Positions 10,970 through 22,482 of a stretch of 64,000 nucleotides of DNA are shown piece after piece (positions within the stretch are counted from its first letter, which is position 1; every line of letters begins with the position of its first letter). The notes under the pieces are model-generated. The model did no database searches, was not told the DNA's origin, and saw only the letters and a list, made by a program, of their open reading frames with translations. The stretch comes from Nemertoderma westbladi (Eukaryota; Animalia; Xenacoelomorpha). The stretch lies in contig JAUCBJ010007366.1 of the NCBI GenBank assembly GCA_032718475.1, forward strand, positions 47,340 through 111,339, read 5' to 3'. The translations under genes and the position numbers were made by a program.

Positions 10970-11700
10970 ATGGGTGAATGAATTACGTCGAAGACCCTTC
11001 CTGCAGTTCTGACATTGTGGACGTCAAGAAAGCATTTGACTCTATCCATATAGCTAAACTACTGGAAATCCTAAGAGATATGGAATACCAGAAGTACCGG
11101 TAATCTTTAATAGCTCAGGTAATCTCATAATTTGAGTTATCAATCCTGGCTGGTGTCATGCAAGTTGGCACACTGGTTCCAATACCGGTACTATTTATTT
11201 GTAATTGTATTGGATTACGCAATGAGGACGGCCACAAATGGAGAAGATCTGGGATTCACACTACAAGAACGAAGAAGTATCACATATCCGGCAACTACAG
11301 TCACAGACACCGAACTAATCTCTAATACGCTAGTAGATGCACAGCTTCAGCTGAACAAAGTGAAAATGGCTGCTAAGGAGTTTGGATTGCAAATAAATGC
11401 TACGAAGACCGAATACATACCGTATCTTTTGATGTTAATGGAAACTTGTCCACTATTTGTTTTTAGTTTTTGGTATTTTTATCATTTTAGTTGTATTATT
11501 TATTTGTTTGTTATATTTGCCTAAGGTTTTTATGTTTAAAATGCTGGTAAATATGTGTGCTGGAATATGTAATTGTCTGGAATATGTAATGATCGGCTAT
11601 GACATATAGACCAACTTGGACGGGATACTGGACTTGAAAGCTGGAAGGATCTAATTTCCACTGTCCGAGCTCGCTCGACCTTGTAGTAGTCTTAGTAGTA
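10970..11700 (+). pseudogene. Degraded RTE-like non-LTR retrotransposon fragment in PRADC1 intron 1
   Basis: Remnants such as D.KKAFDS and YLFVIVLDYAMR...GLQINATKTEY; (TAG)n tail near 11685; a related 3' piece lies at ~12640-12915. Confidence 0.65.
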
Positions 11701-11943
11701 TGTAATTGTAGAAATAATGCATAAAATAATTCATAGCCTCATGTGACGGGGTACTCGCGCCCCAGGGAAACATAAGGGGCGTCCTTACAGAGTAGTCATC
11801 TGCTGGGTACTCAGTACGCACACGCGTTCAGTTTGCTCTTATCCGGGGTGCCCCCCATTTCGTTCGCGCGTTGCGTATTAAATGGATGGGCCCGGGGTGG
11901 AAGATGGTACTGGCTGCCGCTCTAGGCCAGTAGTAGGCTAATT

Positions 11944-12161
11944 GGTTATCGTTCATATGCGTACCGACCTGACCGATGGTGTTACAGTGGTGGTGTTTTC
12001 TAACCAAAACAATAAACTAATCTCCATTACTTAATTAACGGAAAGGAGCAGGTTACAGTGGTGGGCTTTTCTAACCAAAACAATAAACATTATCTCAATA
12101 ACATAGGGTATTTCATACTTATATCATATCGGTCAGGTCGGTACGGATATGAACTATAACT
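11944..12161. mobile_element. MITE with ~35-bp TIRs and 8-bp TSD GGCTAATT
   Basis: GGTTATCGTTCATATGCGTACCGACCTGACCGAT / ATCGGTCAGGTCGGTACGGATATGAACTATAACT; TSD at 11936-11943 and 12162-12169. Confidence 0.8.
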
Positions 12162-12213
12162 GGCTAATTAAAGGTCGTACGTGACATCCTGACTAACAGG
12201 GGCTTGTTATATA

Positions 12214-12376
12214 TATATATATATAAAAAATAAATAAACAGGTAAGCAATAGAGTCTTACAGCCCACAAAACAATAAAAAAACGTTTAATCAGGACATTA
12301 CGCCCAAAATAGTACTCGGCCCTCGGGCCATCGACAAACCCCTCTCTTGCTTACCTGTTTATTTATTTTTTATATA
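12214..12376. mobile_element. Small palindromic element in a (TA)n context
   Basis: TATATAAAAAATAAATAAACAGGTAAGCAA / TTGCTTACCTGTTTATTTATTTTTTATATA. Confidence 0.7.
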
Positions 12377-12999
12377 GTAGTAGGCTAGGCAGACAACATG
12401 TTTCCTGCTTCGGTTTATAAATTTCCCTCCATGCCACCAAAATTAAAAGTATTTAATCAACTGGTAGTGGGTAAACTTACTGTTATAGTTCCAATTATAG
12501 TATATAGCAGTAAAACTATTGTTCCATGTCAAATGTTTGTATTCGAATCTTTAAAAAATTATTGTATTGCGTAAGTTCATGTCTAGCCATTAAATTTGGT
12601 AGTTTTGCAAGTCGTAGTATAGTAGTTCTGTACCAGTCGCATACATAAAATGCGTCCTAAACATCAGCTCGAGACAACACATGACAGCTTTATGGTCCAA
12701 TACCACCTCTATCAACCACCCTCCGTGAACGCAGATTAAGATTCAGTAGACACTGCTGAGGTAGTAAAGACGAGGTAATACCAGGTCTAGTTTTCTGGCA
12801 ACCAACACAAGGAAAGCGTAGCCGTGGACGATCGGCTATAACATATATACAACCTTGGAAGATATACTGGACTTGGACTTGAGAGAAACAAAATGGCGTA
12901 GTTTAGTAGTAGTCGTCCGTGAATTTCACGCTCAATATGCAAAATATTGTTCTATTGCTATTCTCTTAAATTACACTATATAATTATATTATTATTTAG

Positions 13000-13213
13000 T
13001 CTCTCACAGCATCAATGAGGAATTCTTAATGGAAGTTCTGTACCCCGAGGAAGTGGCATACATCTACAGACTGAGGCCATCTAGGAGTTTCGGTGGATAT
13101 TTTAATTCTACTCTGGAGGGAGTAGAACTTATACCGGTTGAACCGGCTCACGGCTGCAGCTCATATATTAACAATGTTGACGTTAATGGACATGTGGCGC
13201 TTATAGACAGAGG
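13000..13213 (+). CDS. PRADC1: PRADC1 coding exon 2 (protease-associated domain)
   Basis: TTTAG acceptor; EVLYPEEVAYIYRLRPSRSFGGYF...LIPVEPAHGC...VALIDRG; GG|GTGAGT donor. Confidence 0.9.
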
Positions 13214-14006
13214 GTGAGTGGACATGTGGCGCTTATAGACAGGGTGAGTGGACATGTGGCGCTTATAGACAGAGGATGAATAGACATTGGCGCTTCTAGA
13301 CAGAGGGTGAGTGGACATGTGGCGCTTATAGACAGAGGGTGAGTGGACATGTGGCGCTTATACACAGAGGGTGAGTGGACATGTGGCGCTTATGGACAGA
13401 GGGTGAGTGGGCATGTGGTGCTTATAGACAGAGGGTGAGTGGACATGTGGCGCTTATAGACAGAGGGTGAGTGGACATTGGCGCTTTATATTGACAGAGG
13501 GTGAGTGGACAGGGCATGTGGCGCTTATAGACAGATGGTGAGTGGACATGTGGCGCTTAAAGACATAGGGTGAGTGGACATGTGGCGCTTATAGACAGAG
13601 GGTGAGTGGACATGTGGCGCTTATAGACAGAGGGTGAGTGGGCATATGGCGCTTATAGACAGAGGGTGAGTGGATTGGTGGCGCTTATAGGCAGAGGGGG
13701 AATGGACATGTGGCGCTTATAGACAGGGTAAGTGGACATGTGGCGCTTATACACAGAGGGTGAGTGGACATATGGCGCTTATACAGAGGGTGAGTGGACA
13801 TGGCGCTTATAGGCAGAGGGTGGATGGACATGTGGCGCTTATAGACAGAGGGTGAATGGACATGTGGCGCTTATAGACAGAGGGTGAGTGGACTGGTGGA
13901 GCTTATAGATAGAGGGTGAGTGGACTGGTGGCGCTTATAGACATGAGGGTGAGTGGACTGGTGGTGGCGCTTATAGTTAGAGGGTGAGTGGACTGGTGGC
14001 GCTTAT
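13188..14006 (+). repeat. 32-bp minisatellite (~25 copies) built from the end of PRADC1 exon 2 plus its splice donor
   Basis: Unit GGACATGTGGCGCTTATAGACAGAGGGTGAGT. Confidence 0.95.
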
Positions 14007-14246
14007 ATACATACAGAGGAGCGAATTAGTTCAGTAGCTGTGTACTACAGGTTATAAAACATGAATAAGCGCTATAAAACACTTAATAAGGAAAAATTAA
14101 AAAATACAAATTCTTTATAAAATTCCAATAAAATTTTGACTGAAAATTAAAAACTTGGTATTTTCACATCGGTGGTATTTCCAATTTCTTTATTATTTAA
14201 TTTCAAGTAGGCCTAATCCAATATCCAAATTAACCATTTTTTGCAG

Positions 14247-14414
14247 TGAGTGCTCGTTTCTCAGTAAAGCAATGATAGCAGAGCGCAGTGGTGCCGTGGC
14301 GGCGATTATTTGCGATAACAACGTCAATAACGATAGAACAATGATTGATATGGTTGAAGATGGTACAGAAAGACACACCAACATACCGGCTCTATTCCTA
14401 TTGGGGAAAGATGG
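14247..14414 (+). CDS. PRADC1: PRADC1 coding exon 3
   Basis: TTGCAG acceptor; ECSFLSKAMIAERSGAVAAIICDN...IPALFLLGKDG; GG|GTTAGT donor. Confidence 0.92.
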
Positions 14415-15301
14415 GTTAGTTCAAACATTGGGATATGTAGGGAGGGATACACGTCTTTTTAATCAGGGTACATGCTTAGAATTCATCATGGCGGTAATAA
14501 AACCTCGGACTCTCCTCGGTTATTTTATTCGACAGCTTTTTTAAATATCTTTTAAGATGTACAATTTTATGGTGATTCTGAAGCTGAAAGCAGTTTTTCA
14601 ATATGTTGTTTCGTTCACGAGTTATGGCAACATTTGTAATTTTCACTCAAAATTTGTAATTTTGACCACATTATTGACACCGAAATAAACCATCAAACAC
14701 CCAACAATTTCAAAGTATTTTGCTATTTTCGGAATCAGCGCCGAAAATTACCCAATTAGATATTAAAACAATAAAGTAAGTTGATCATATTTGAAAAAAC
14801 TGGAAAGGTTTTTACTTTTGGTTAATGTTTGGTCTGTTTTAATAAAAGGGAAAGTTTAAATGTCATTTTTGTCGCTTTGCCTTTTTTGGACACTTTCTCT
14901 ATCCACTTTTTATCCACTCAACCGATTTTCGTTCTGTTTGCAGAATTATGTAGATAAATATTGCGCTAAAAAATTGTGGTGAAAGAATTTTGAAATTTTG
15001 TTTAAAAAAAAAAATATTTTTTGTGTAAAATTTTCGAATTTGTTCGATTTTTTGGTACTTTTGATACGTCAAAAAAAATGCCATAACTATTTTTCACCAA
15101 AATTCAAAATTCTTTGCGCGCAATGTTTATCTACATAATTCTGCAAACAAAACGAAACTCGGGTGAGTAGTTGAAACGTATACGGATAAAGTGTCCCATA
15201 AAAAAGCAACGCTAGAAAATGTTAATACTAAATACTGCTATATTATACCACAACGCTTATTTATTACCAACAAACACTTTCACGCAATACAATCCAGAAT
15301 A

Positions 15302-16924
15302 TGTGACCCAACACATAGAAAGGGGTCAATTGACAAAAAAATGGTTTTTAACTTTTTGTTGGTTTAATATAGATAATTTAACGGAGAATTTCCCATTGAA
15401 AACCATTTGTTAATATCTCTTTTCGTTTTTGAGTTATTGTAGATTTAGTAAGACAAGGTTCTGAGATAATTTCATAGCAACATTCTGAGAAAATTCGATT
15501 TAAAATTTTCAAACCTTCCCGCCATTTTCAGAAACCGCTGTGATTTTTCAAACATCATTTGAACATTTCTGAATGGAATGGATTGGGTATTCAATAACAT
15601 CAACATAATTATAGCATTGGAAGTTTCCATGGACAGTTATTTAATATATTTTGTCAGTTTTAAGGTTTGACAGATTATTTACATGTATGTTTGTCTGTCT
15701 GTATGCATACCCTTATCTTATTTTGTCTATGAAATAATAAAGAAATTGCAATTACCTAGTCAAAATATTTGCTACCAGGGGATTTCTTGGTCGGTAATCT
15801 TTTTATGGTGTCAATTTTAATGTTTGTCAGAATCTACACGGTCAGTATGTTTGTATGTCATTCTGTTTGTCTGTCTGTATGTATGTATGTCTGACTTACA
15901 GACATACATATAAACAGACAGTAAAGATGATGGTAAACGTAAAAACTGATATCGGAAATGTCTTCGCCGACATATAAAACCCCCATAGCCATATTTTGGT
16001 TAGGGTTAAATACTATTCTTAATTTTTTGACGGACATACATACAGACAAACAGACTGACTGACTTACAGACCTACATAGAGACAGACAGTCAAGATTTCG
16101 TAAACATGAAAAACTGACATCGAAAATGGATTCACTGACCTGGAAAACCCCCCAGAGCCATATTTTTGTAAAGTTACATTATTTTTTCAATTTTTTAACT
16201 GACATACATACAGTTAAATAGTCTGACAGACAGACAAACAGACATACACAGAAACATACAGTTAAGATGATGTTAAACGTAAAAACTGATATCGGAAATG
16301 AATTCGCCGACCTAGAAAACCCCCATAACCATATTTTAGTAAGGTTAAATGATTTTCTTAATTTTTTGACGGACATACATACAGACAAACAGACTGACTG
16401 ACATACAGACATACATAGAGACAGACAGTCAAGATATCGTAAACATGAAAAACTGGCATCGAAAATGGATTCACCGACCTGGAAAACCCCCCAGAGCCAT
16501 ATTTTTGTAAAGTTAAATTATTTTTTCAATTTTTTCACTCACATACATACAGACAAACAGACTGACAGACAAATAGACAGACATACATAGAAAAAGACAA
16601 TTAAGATGCTCTCAAACGTAAAAACTGATATCGGAAATGAGTTCGCCAACCTAGAAAACCCCCATAGCCATATTTTGGTGAGGTTATATGATTTTCTTTA
16701 TTTTTTGACTGACAAACAGACAGACAAACAGACAGACAGACATTTTCTGTAAGTACTGTAACCTTAGAAGTTATTTTTTTGGATTCTACGTTAAATTTCG
16801 ATCTTAAATCAATAAAAAAATGAAATTTAAATTTTTTTTTGTTTTCTATGATTTTTTCATATATTTGAAATTTCTGGAAAATGATATTATTTGAAATTGA
16901 CCCCTTTCTATGTGTTGGGTCACA
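15302..16924. mobile_element. Non-autonomous TIR element inserted in the copia 3' LTR; internal ~170/340-bp tandem repeats with ACAG/ACAT microsatellites
   Basis: 30-bp perfect TIR TGTGACCCAACACATAGAAAGGGGTCAATT; empty site GAATATATTAAAA is visible in the other LTR, so the TSD is TA (or ATAT if the TIR starts GTG). Confidence 0.92.
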
Positions 16925-17179
16925 TATATTAAAACTAACTATTCTAGAACTTGTTCGTTGCACACGTTACTACAATTATACATTTTACACATATCATAGA
17001 TATTAACATTAATACAAATACTTTTTTTTTTAGTCCTTCTTTATCCTAAATATATGCATCCTAGAGATTCAATCATAGATTAGTATAAATTATGTTTTTT
17101 TTGTTGTTGTTCTAAATATCAATCACATGTGAGTTATACTCCAATGGTTTATAACATAGTCTACTGACGAATCGTTACA

Positions 17180-20100
17180 TTATCGTAGAAAGTCAATTCG
17201 ACCATGTTGTATACTCTCCAGGAGATGAAATCCGGATGCTCCTTTTTTAGTCAAACAATCTGCTATTTGCATGGAACCTGGGCACCAACGCACATATTCA
17301 ATTTCACCCTTCTCTAGGGATTGTTTTATAGCCCCAATATCGATTCGTAGTCGCTTGTCATCAACCAATTTCGTTGAGTGAATGGCTTCAACGACACTCT
17401 TGTTGTCGACATACGCGCGGATGGGTATCTTTAAAGAATCACCATCACCAATTATTTCTCTAATGACACCTCTTGTGTATATCGATTGCTCTAGACCTTC
17501 TTGAAGACTTAACGCCTCTGCAGCTATCGTAGACCGGACAACGCGTTTAATCTTGCAAACATTCCAAGAAAGAGGACAGGAGCGATTATCTATGCCAACT
17601 AGATACAGAACAAATGCCATAGTACTGCTCATTCCGTCTGCTAGATTAGCTAATGAAGCATCAGTAAATAAAATTAGATACCAATTGATTGGGTTACCTA
17701 AGTTTGGGAACACAATGAAAGCATTTCTATCTTTGACATTTAGCAAAATTTTTCTGATTCGCAATAAGTGTTCCATTCGAGCATCCCTGAAGTGTGTGCT
17801 AAGATCTATTAGCTCAAAGGACCAGTCTGGGCGAGACCCTTGCACGAGCCAATTAAGTTTACCAACTAGAGACCGGTACATGGTAAGGTCAGATGGGCCT
17901 AAATTTTCATTTTTTGTGGACTTGCTCAAGGATAATGGTATGTCTTTTATCTCAATATTCTTTAAGTATGATTCCTGGTTTAAAATTATCTCATTAGGAA
18001 GCTGACATAATTCAAAACCAACGTAAGTAAATTTATGAGCTGCTTCCTTTCCCGCAAGAAATATATTGGTGAGATTCTGTATAACTTTTAACTCGAAGTT
18101 TTGATTTCCTGCATGCAGGAAATCGTCAATGTGTGAGACTAGAATACCGCAAAGATTGCCATCCTCTCTAAAATAAAATAGAGCAGGGTCTAATGGAGAT
18201 TGGCTGCAACCGAGGGTCAACATCTCTTCTACCACACTATTGTAGAACTGACGAGCTGCGTCATTCAAACTATACAAGCACTTATTTAATCGCCAAATAT
18301 ATCCCAACGGCGCATCAGCCTCCTGGGGTGGATTGAGGAAGACATCACGTACTAGGGATTCACCTTGGAGAAAGGCAGATTTTATGTCAGTTGTTTTTAG
18401 AACCCATTTTTTACTGGAAACGATAGCCAAAAATGTGCGAAGTGTACATTTTGCAACTGTAGGAGAGTCTGTAGCTACCTCAATTTGCTCTTCAAATCCT
18501 CTGGCAACTAGACGAGCACGAATCTCTGTTCCCTTATGCCATAGAACCCACCGCGTCGATATGCATGGTTGTCCGTTGAAAGGTAGCTCTTGATAGACTT
18601 CAAAATCTCTCAATTTTTGTAGCTCCACTAATTTTGCTTGTTGGCACTCAGGAGAAGACTGCTCTTTTCTGGGAATGAGAACTAAATTTACTTCATTAGT
18701 CGCATCACCTTGGATCCAAGGGTTAGAACCAAAGTCGATGCACCTCTGAACTCCATTAGACTCCTCCACGTTAAACCAATCCCTATACTTTCCTGATGCT
18801 TTACCAGCACGACCCATAACAGTCGCTGTAAGCCATTGCTGTGTGTCATGATCAAGAAATTTAATACATTGTGCTGAATGTGGCAAGGAGTTCACGTTAT
18901 TTGTGGATTTTTGTTTGGACTTTAGATTGTTTGAGTTATTGTCTACATTTGTGTCTTTGTTAGATGGCACAATTGTCGAGATCATTTCCTGAAGACCGCA
19001 ATTGTTGATTCCAGTTGAACTGGTTGGTACAGTATGCTTTAATACTGGTGTCAGAGCTGCTGTATTTCTTATTGTGCCACAATTGTTATCCACAAGTTTG
19101 GAAACTGCCTCTGGCTTGAACTCATCAGGAACTTGAACTGCGGGAATTTGTTCAAGTGAATTGATAGCAATGAGACGATTAGGAGAAAGACGAATGAATA
19201 CACCTCCGTGACGCACGAACACCACCTTGCCATCCTGAAAAACCACTTTGGCAGGGCCCAGCCATCTATTTTTACTATCATGTTTATAATAAACAAGATC
19301 GCCATTCTGAAAAGTCTGTTCTGATGCTCGTACTTTATGTCTCAAAGCTCTACGAATACGCTCATCAGCTTCAGATTGTACAAAAGCTTCTCTAGTTGCA
19401 TGAAGGGCGTTCAAATGGTTAGCAAATGCTTTACTTGTGGTTGAACCTTCCAGTGCTGGGGGATTGGAAGTCATAGTACATGGTAATTTAGGATTTTTGC
19501 CGAACACAAGTTGATGACTGCTGAAACCGTTCCACATCTGGAGAGAGTTTTTAGCCATATTTGCCCAAGGCAATAAGATATGTTCTGAGATCTGAGGATT
19601 ATCCTCTTTAAGTTTACTGAGCATACGGTCTGTAATAGAATGATTTCGCTCACATAACCCATTTTGATAAGGTGCTCGAGCAGCTGTGGTATGTAAATTT
19701 ACATTTAATATTGAAGCTACTTCCCGTATTTCATCTGAGTTGAATTCCCCACCATTATCACTCATTATACCGCCCATAATACCGAAAATAGAAAGCCAGT
19801 TAGTCATCATTTTATCAACAATGACACAAGGTAATTTACTTGAAACGAAGACGGATACAGTATAGCGAGACCATACGTCTACCATATGGAGTATCCACTG
19901 TTTTTCCCAAACCTTAAGATCGATAGCCACAACTTGATTAAATTCACTTGCCATTGGTAGTCCAACAATGGGAATCGGTGGAGATTTTTTGAATCGCTTA
20001 CAAACTTCACAATGTTCTACAATATCGTCAACTATAGGTTTACAACTATCTTGCCATACCTTAGCATCTTTTAGGAGATTTATCAGTTTTTTGGGTGATG

Positions 20101-20719
20101 GATGAGCAAATTGACGGTGTAATTTCAGAATAGTTTGATGAAGGTGCTTGTCATCCATTGCAGTAAAGTTAACTGCACGGACGTAATTTTCTGGTATATC
20201 TTTCATAATTGGAATACAGTAATGTCCAGTTGATGTAGTATTTAAAGATATGCGTCTGCCAAAAACTGTGGCTTCATCAGAATTCAAGTCCAAAGTCATT
20301 TGTGCGCGCTTCATAGATTCCCTGGAAAGGAGTAGTGGAATATCGGATTCTACAACATCTGTTCGAATTTGAACATCCCGCCCGGCTATAAAAGCTGGAA
20401 TTAAACATTCAGAAATTGACCTCAGCTTGGTGCCACCACCAAATTTGAATATTTTGTGACCCTCATTCAATTGAATTTTGGATCTGTAAGTATCGCATAA
20501 ACTGGAAATGTAGTTGTTGATCCAATCCTTTCCACATACAGTGCTGGTACAGGCGCTATCCAATACAGCACAATTGGAAGCTTCAACGCCAAGTTGATAA
20601 ATCTCAGTGGATGATGAGGTCGTAGTGAACACACTTAGCAGAACATCTTCACAATCATACTCCTCCAATATTTCCGATGGGGTCGTCTTTTCAGACAGGT
20701 TTAGTTCTGCAGGCATCAT
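17180..20719 (-). CDS. Copia Pol (protease, integrase, RT, RNase H)
   Basis: AVLDSAC (PR); LHRQFAH..CEVC and IDLK/SDNGGEF/NGLCER (IN); ARLVARGF, DIKSAFLQG, SHIDDFL (RT); FTDAS/AAEAL/YVDNK/IADCL (RH). Confidence 0.95.
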   Translation of the reverse strand: MMPAELNLSEKTTPSEILEEYDCEDVLLSVFTTTSSSTEIYQLGVEASNCAVLDSACTSTVCGKDWINNYISSLCDTYRSKIQLNEGHKIFKFGGGTKLRSISECLIPAFIAGRDVQIRTDVVESDIPLLLSRESMKRAQMTLDLNSDEATVFGRRISLNTTSTGHYCIPIMKDIPENYVRAVNFTAMDDKHLHQTILKLHRQFAHPSPKKLINLLKDAKVWQDSCKPIVDDIVEHCEVCKRFKKSPPIPIVGLPMASEFNQVVAIDLKVWEKQWILHMVDVWSRYTVSVFVSSKLPCVIVDKMMTNWLSIFGIMGGIMSDNGGEFNSDEIREVASILNVNLHTTAARAPYQNGLCERNHSITDRMLSKLKEDNPQISEHILLPWANMAKNSLQMWNGFSSHQLVFGKNPKLPCTMTSNPPALEGSTTSKAFANHLNALHATREAFVQSEADERIRRALRHKVRASEQTFQNGDLVYYKHDSKNRWLGPAKVVFQDGKVVFVRHGGVFIRLSPNRLIAINSLEQIPAVQVPDEFKPEAVSKLVDNNCGTIRNTAALTPVLKHTVPTSSTGINNCGLQEMISTIVPSNKDTNVDNNSNNLKSKQKSTNNVNSLPHSAQCIKFLDHDTQQWLTATVMGRAGKASGKYRDWFNVEESNGVQRCIDFGSNPWIQGDATNEVNLVLIPRKEQSSPECQQAKLVELQKLRDFEVYQELPFNGQPCISTRWVLWHKGTEIRARLVARGFEEQIEVATDSPTVAKCTLRTFLAIVSSKKWVLKTTDIKSAFLQGESLVRDVFLNPPQEADAPLGYIWRLNKCLYSLNDAARQFYNSVVEEMLTLGCSQSPLDPALFYFREDGNLCGILVSHIDDFLHAGNQNFELKVIQNLTNIFLAGKEAAHKFTYVGFELCQLPNEIILNQESYLKNIEIKDIPLSLSKSTKNENLGPSDLTMYRSLVGKLNWLVQGSRPDWSFELIDLSTHFRDARMEHLLRIRKILLNVKDRNAFIVFPNLGNPINWYLILFTDASLANLADGMSSTMAFVLYLVGIDNRSCPLSWNVCKIKRVVRSTIAAEALSLQEGLEQSIYTRGVIREIIGDGDSLKIPIRAYVDNKSVVEAIHSTKLVDDKRLRIDIGAIKQSLEKGEIEYVRWCPGSMQIADCLTKKGASGFHLLESIQHGRIDFLR

Positions 20720-20744
20720 AGAATCGTGAAATTTGTGATCATTA

Positions 20745-21677
20745 TTAGTGTAGTCTGTAGTGGACTTTCTCCAGATTTTCCCAACTATCAGGACAATCTC
20801 TTAAAAGATGTCGAAATGAACCACAGCAGCGACAAGTAAGAGGTTTTCCATCAGTACCAGCGGGATTCACTTTCCTGTCTTGGGCTCGAACTGCACTAAT
20901 TCGGTGACCTGAACAGCCCAAATTACCAGCATCTTTCTTATAACTGGGAGGAACATACCGCCTTGTGGATTCAAAATGTCCAACGTCCCTCCGAACTCTA
21001 CCACCACCACCACCACGTTGCCAATTAGGGTTACTCCTAGAGGAATGATAGTAACCAGCAGCCGCTAGTGCCTCTTCATTTTGGGCAAGAAAGGTTGGTT
21101 CAAGTTTAATGGCCGCACTTTGTAATCCGGATATTCCCTTGCTAATGAATTTTTTTAAAGACTTTTGTGCTTGATCATATAATGTCACCTTCTGAGAATA
21201 ATCCATTCTGGTGAGTACTAACATTTTTTCTTCTTTAGAAATGGCAGATCTCCTTAATAATTTAAAGGCCAAAATTTCTGGAGGGAGACTCATACCAAGT
21301 CTCTTTATTCGCTGATATTTCTGATCAAACATTGAAACATATTCTGATATATTGCAAATCTTGTCTCGATGGAAATCTTCGAAGTCCTCAAACTTTTCGA
21401 GACAATCTTCTAAATCGTCTTTACCTAACTTCTCATCTAGGTACTTTATAAGTTCACCTAGTCCATCCTCGCCCTTTAAATCTTCAATGGAAATCTCATC
21501 GAATACTTTCTCTCTAATCTTAGAATCCCCTTCCTCTGGAAGGGATAATGCAATAGCTATACCCTGTTTAGATTTAGGAAGATCAGTTATTTCTCGCCAA
21601 GCTAATAGTTCTCGTTTATAACGCTCATAACTCTTTGAGTCTTTCTTAAACTCAGGTGGATTCAATCTTAACGCCAT
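20745..21677 (-). CDS. Copia Gag with CCHC knuckle
   Basis: NPPEF..KSYERYKRELLAW...KQGIAIALSLPE; CRCCGSFRHLLRDC. Confidence 0.92.
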   Translation of the reverse strand: MALRLNPPEFKKDSKSYERYKRELLAWREITDLPKSKQGIAIALSLPEEGDSKIREKVFDEISIEDLKGEDGLGELIKYLDEKLGKDDLEDCLEKFEDFEDFHRDKICNISEYVSMFDQKYQRIKRLGMSLPPEILAFKLLRRSAISKEEKMLVLTRMDYSQKVTLYDQAQKSLKKFISKGISGLQSAAIKLEPTFLAQNEEALAAAGYYHSSRSNPNWQRGGGGGRVRRDVGHFESTRRYVPPSYKKDAGNLGCSGHRISAVRAQDRKVNPAGTDGKPLTCRCCGSFRHLLRDCPDSWENLEKVHYRLH

Positions 21678-21818
21678 CTCAACATGTATTTTTTTTTACA
21701 TACCAACACGATAGTAAATTTCGCAATGCCTCCACGCTACGCAATACTGAGTGTAAATTTACGCAATACACTATCTTTTTTTTTAACGCTAAAAAGAAGG
21801 ATTAAGATTGGTCGGTAC

Positions 21819-21830
21819 GCTCTGCTACCA
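21819..21830 (-). promoter_or_regulatory. Primer-binding site (tRNA-Met type) of the copia element
   Basis: TGGTAGCAGAGC lies 1 nt inside the 5' LTR boundary. Confidence 0.85.
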
Positions 21831-22438
21831 TTGTTAATACTAAATACTGCTATATTATACCACAACGCTTATTTATTACCAACAAACACTTTCACGCAAT
21901 ACAATCCAGAATATATTAAAACTAACTATTCTAGAACTTGTTCGTTGCACATGTTACTACAATTATACATTTTACACATATCATAGATATTAACAGAAAA
22001 AACATTAGACTCCTCCTGATTACAACTCACCGAACTTGCACCTAAAGTGAACTCTTACATTTTTTTTAAAAATCTTATTTTTTTGGTTTTTTATACCTAA
22101 TAGGGTAATTTTTAGCGCTGATTACTGAATTGTTGCAAAGGTGGAGTCACTATATCCCAGATATTTGTAATGTATGACCCCGTCAGCTGATAGCTCTTCC
22201 CTAGGTGACCCTAGTGAAACCTAGGGTTCCTATGGGAATATCAACAAGGTTAACTCACTGTGCTATTTTAGGTGGGAGGCCAGCTGAATGAATTTTAGGT
22301 ATACAGAGTAGTTCTGTTGACTATCGGTTACTAACTAGTATTTATTAAAAGCTGCTATTAATAATATATAATGTAAATAGGACAATATGATAATGTTGTC
22401 CATATCGAAAAATATCAACCGGCCCTATTGGGGCTCGA

Positions 22439-22482
22439 ACCCGGTACCTAGGTTTCAAACTTCTGGTTATCATCAGCCGGGT
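22439..22482 (-). ncRNA. Minimal type I hammerhead ribozyme inside a tRNA-like Pol III element (~22365-22620)
   Basis: ACCCGG CTGATGA TAACCAGAAGTTT GAAA CCTAGG TA CCGGGT; box A-like GGTAGCTCAGT upstream, box B GGTTCGAGCCC overlapping stem I; stem II is weak. Confidence 0.75.

Larger units (their letters stand above)
15220..21995 (-). mobile_element. Full-length Ty1/copia LTR retrotransposon, GalEa-like
   Basis: 164-bp TG...CA LTRs (21832-21995; 15220-17008, interrupted); 5-bp TSD GAAAA (15215-15219, 21996-22000); PBS TGGTAGCAGAGC; gag-PR-IN-RT-RH domain order. Confidence 0.95.
14465..22130. mobile_element. Unclassified DNA-transposon relic split by the copia insertion; a related copy lies at ~43700-44200
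   Basis: Sequence joined across the copia site (GTGTCCCATAAAAAAGCAACGCTAGAAAA|AACATTAGACTCCTCCTGATTACAAC) resembles uninterrupted 43819-43873; internal inverted repeats at 14880-15200. Confidence 0.6.

Noticed and set aside
11742-12186. Solo LTR (TGTGACG...CGTGACA)
   Set aside because: No target-site duplication and no second copy in the window
13188-14006. CRISPR-like array of ~32-bp repeats
   Set aside because: No unique spacers, no cas genes, eukaryotic intron context
14155-14544. 129-aa ORF as a standalone gene
   Set aside because: Only 14247-14414 is exonic (PRADC1); the flanks are intron
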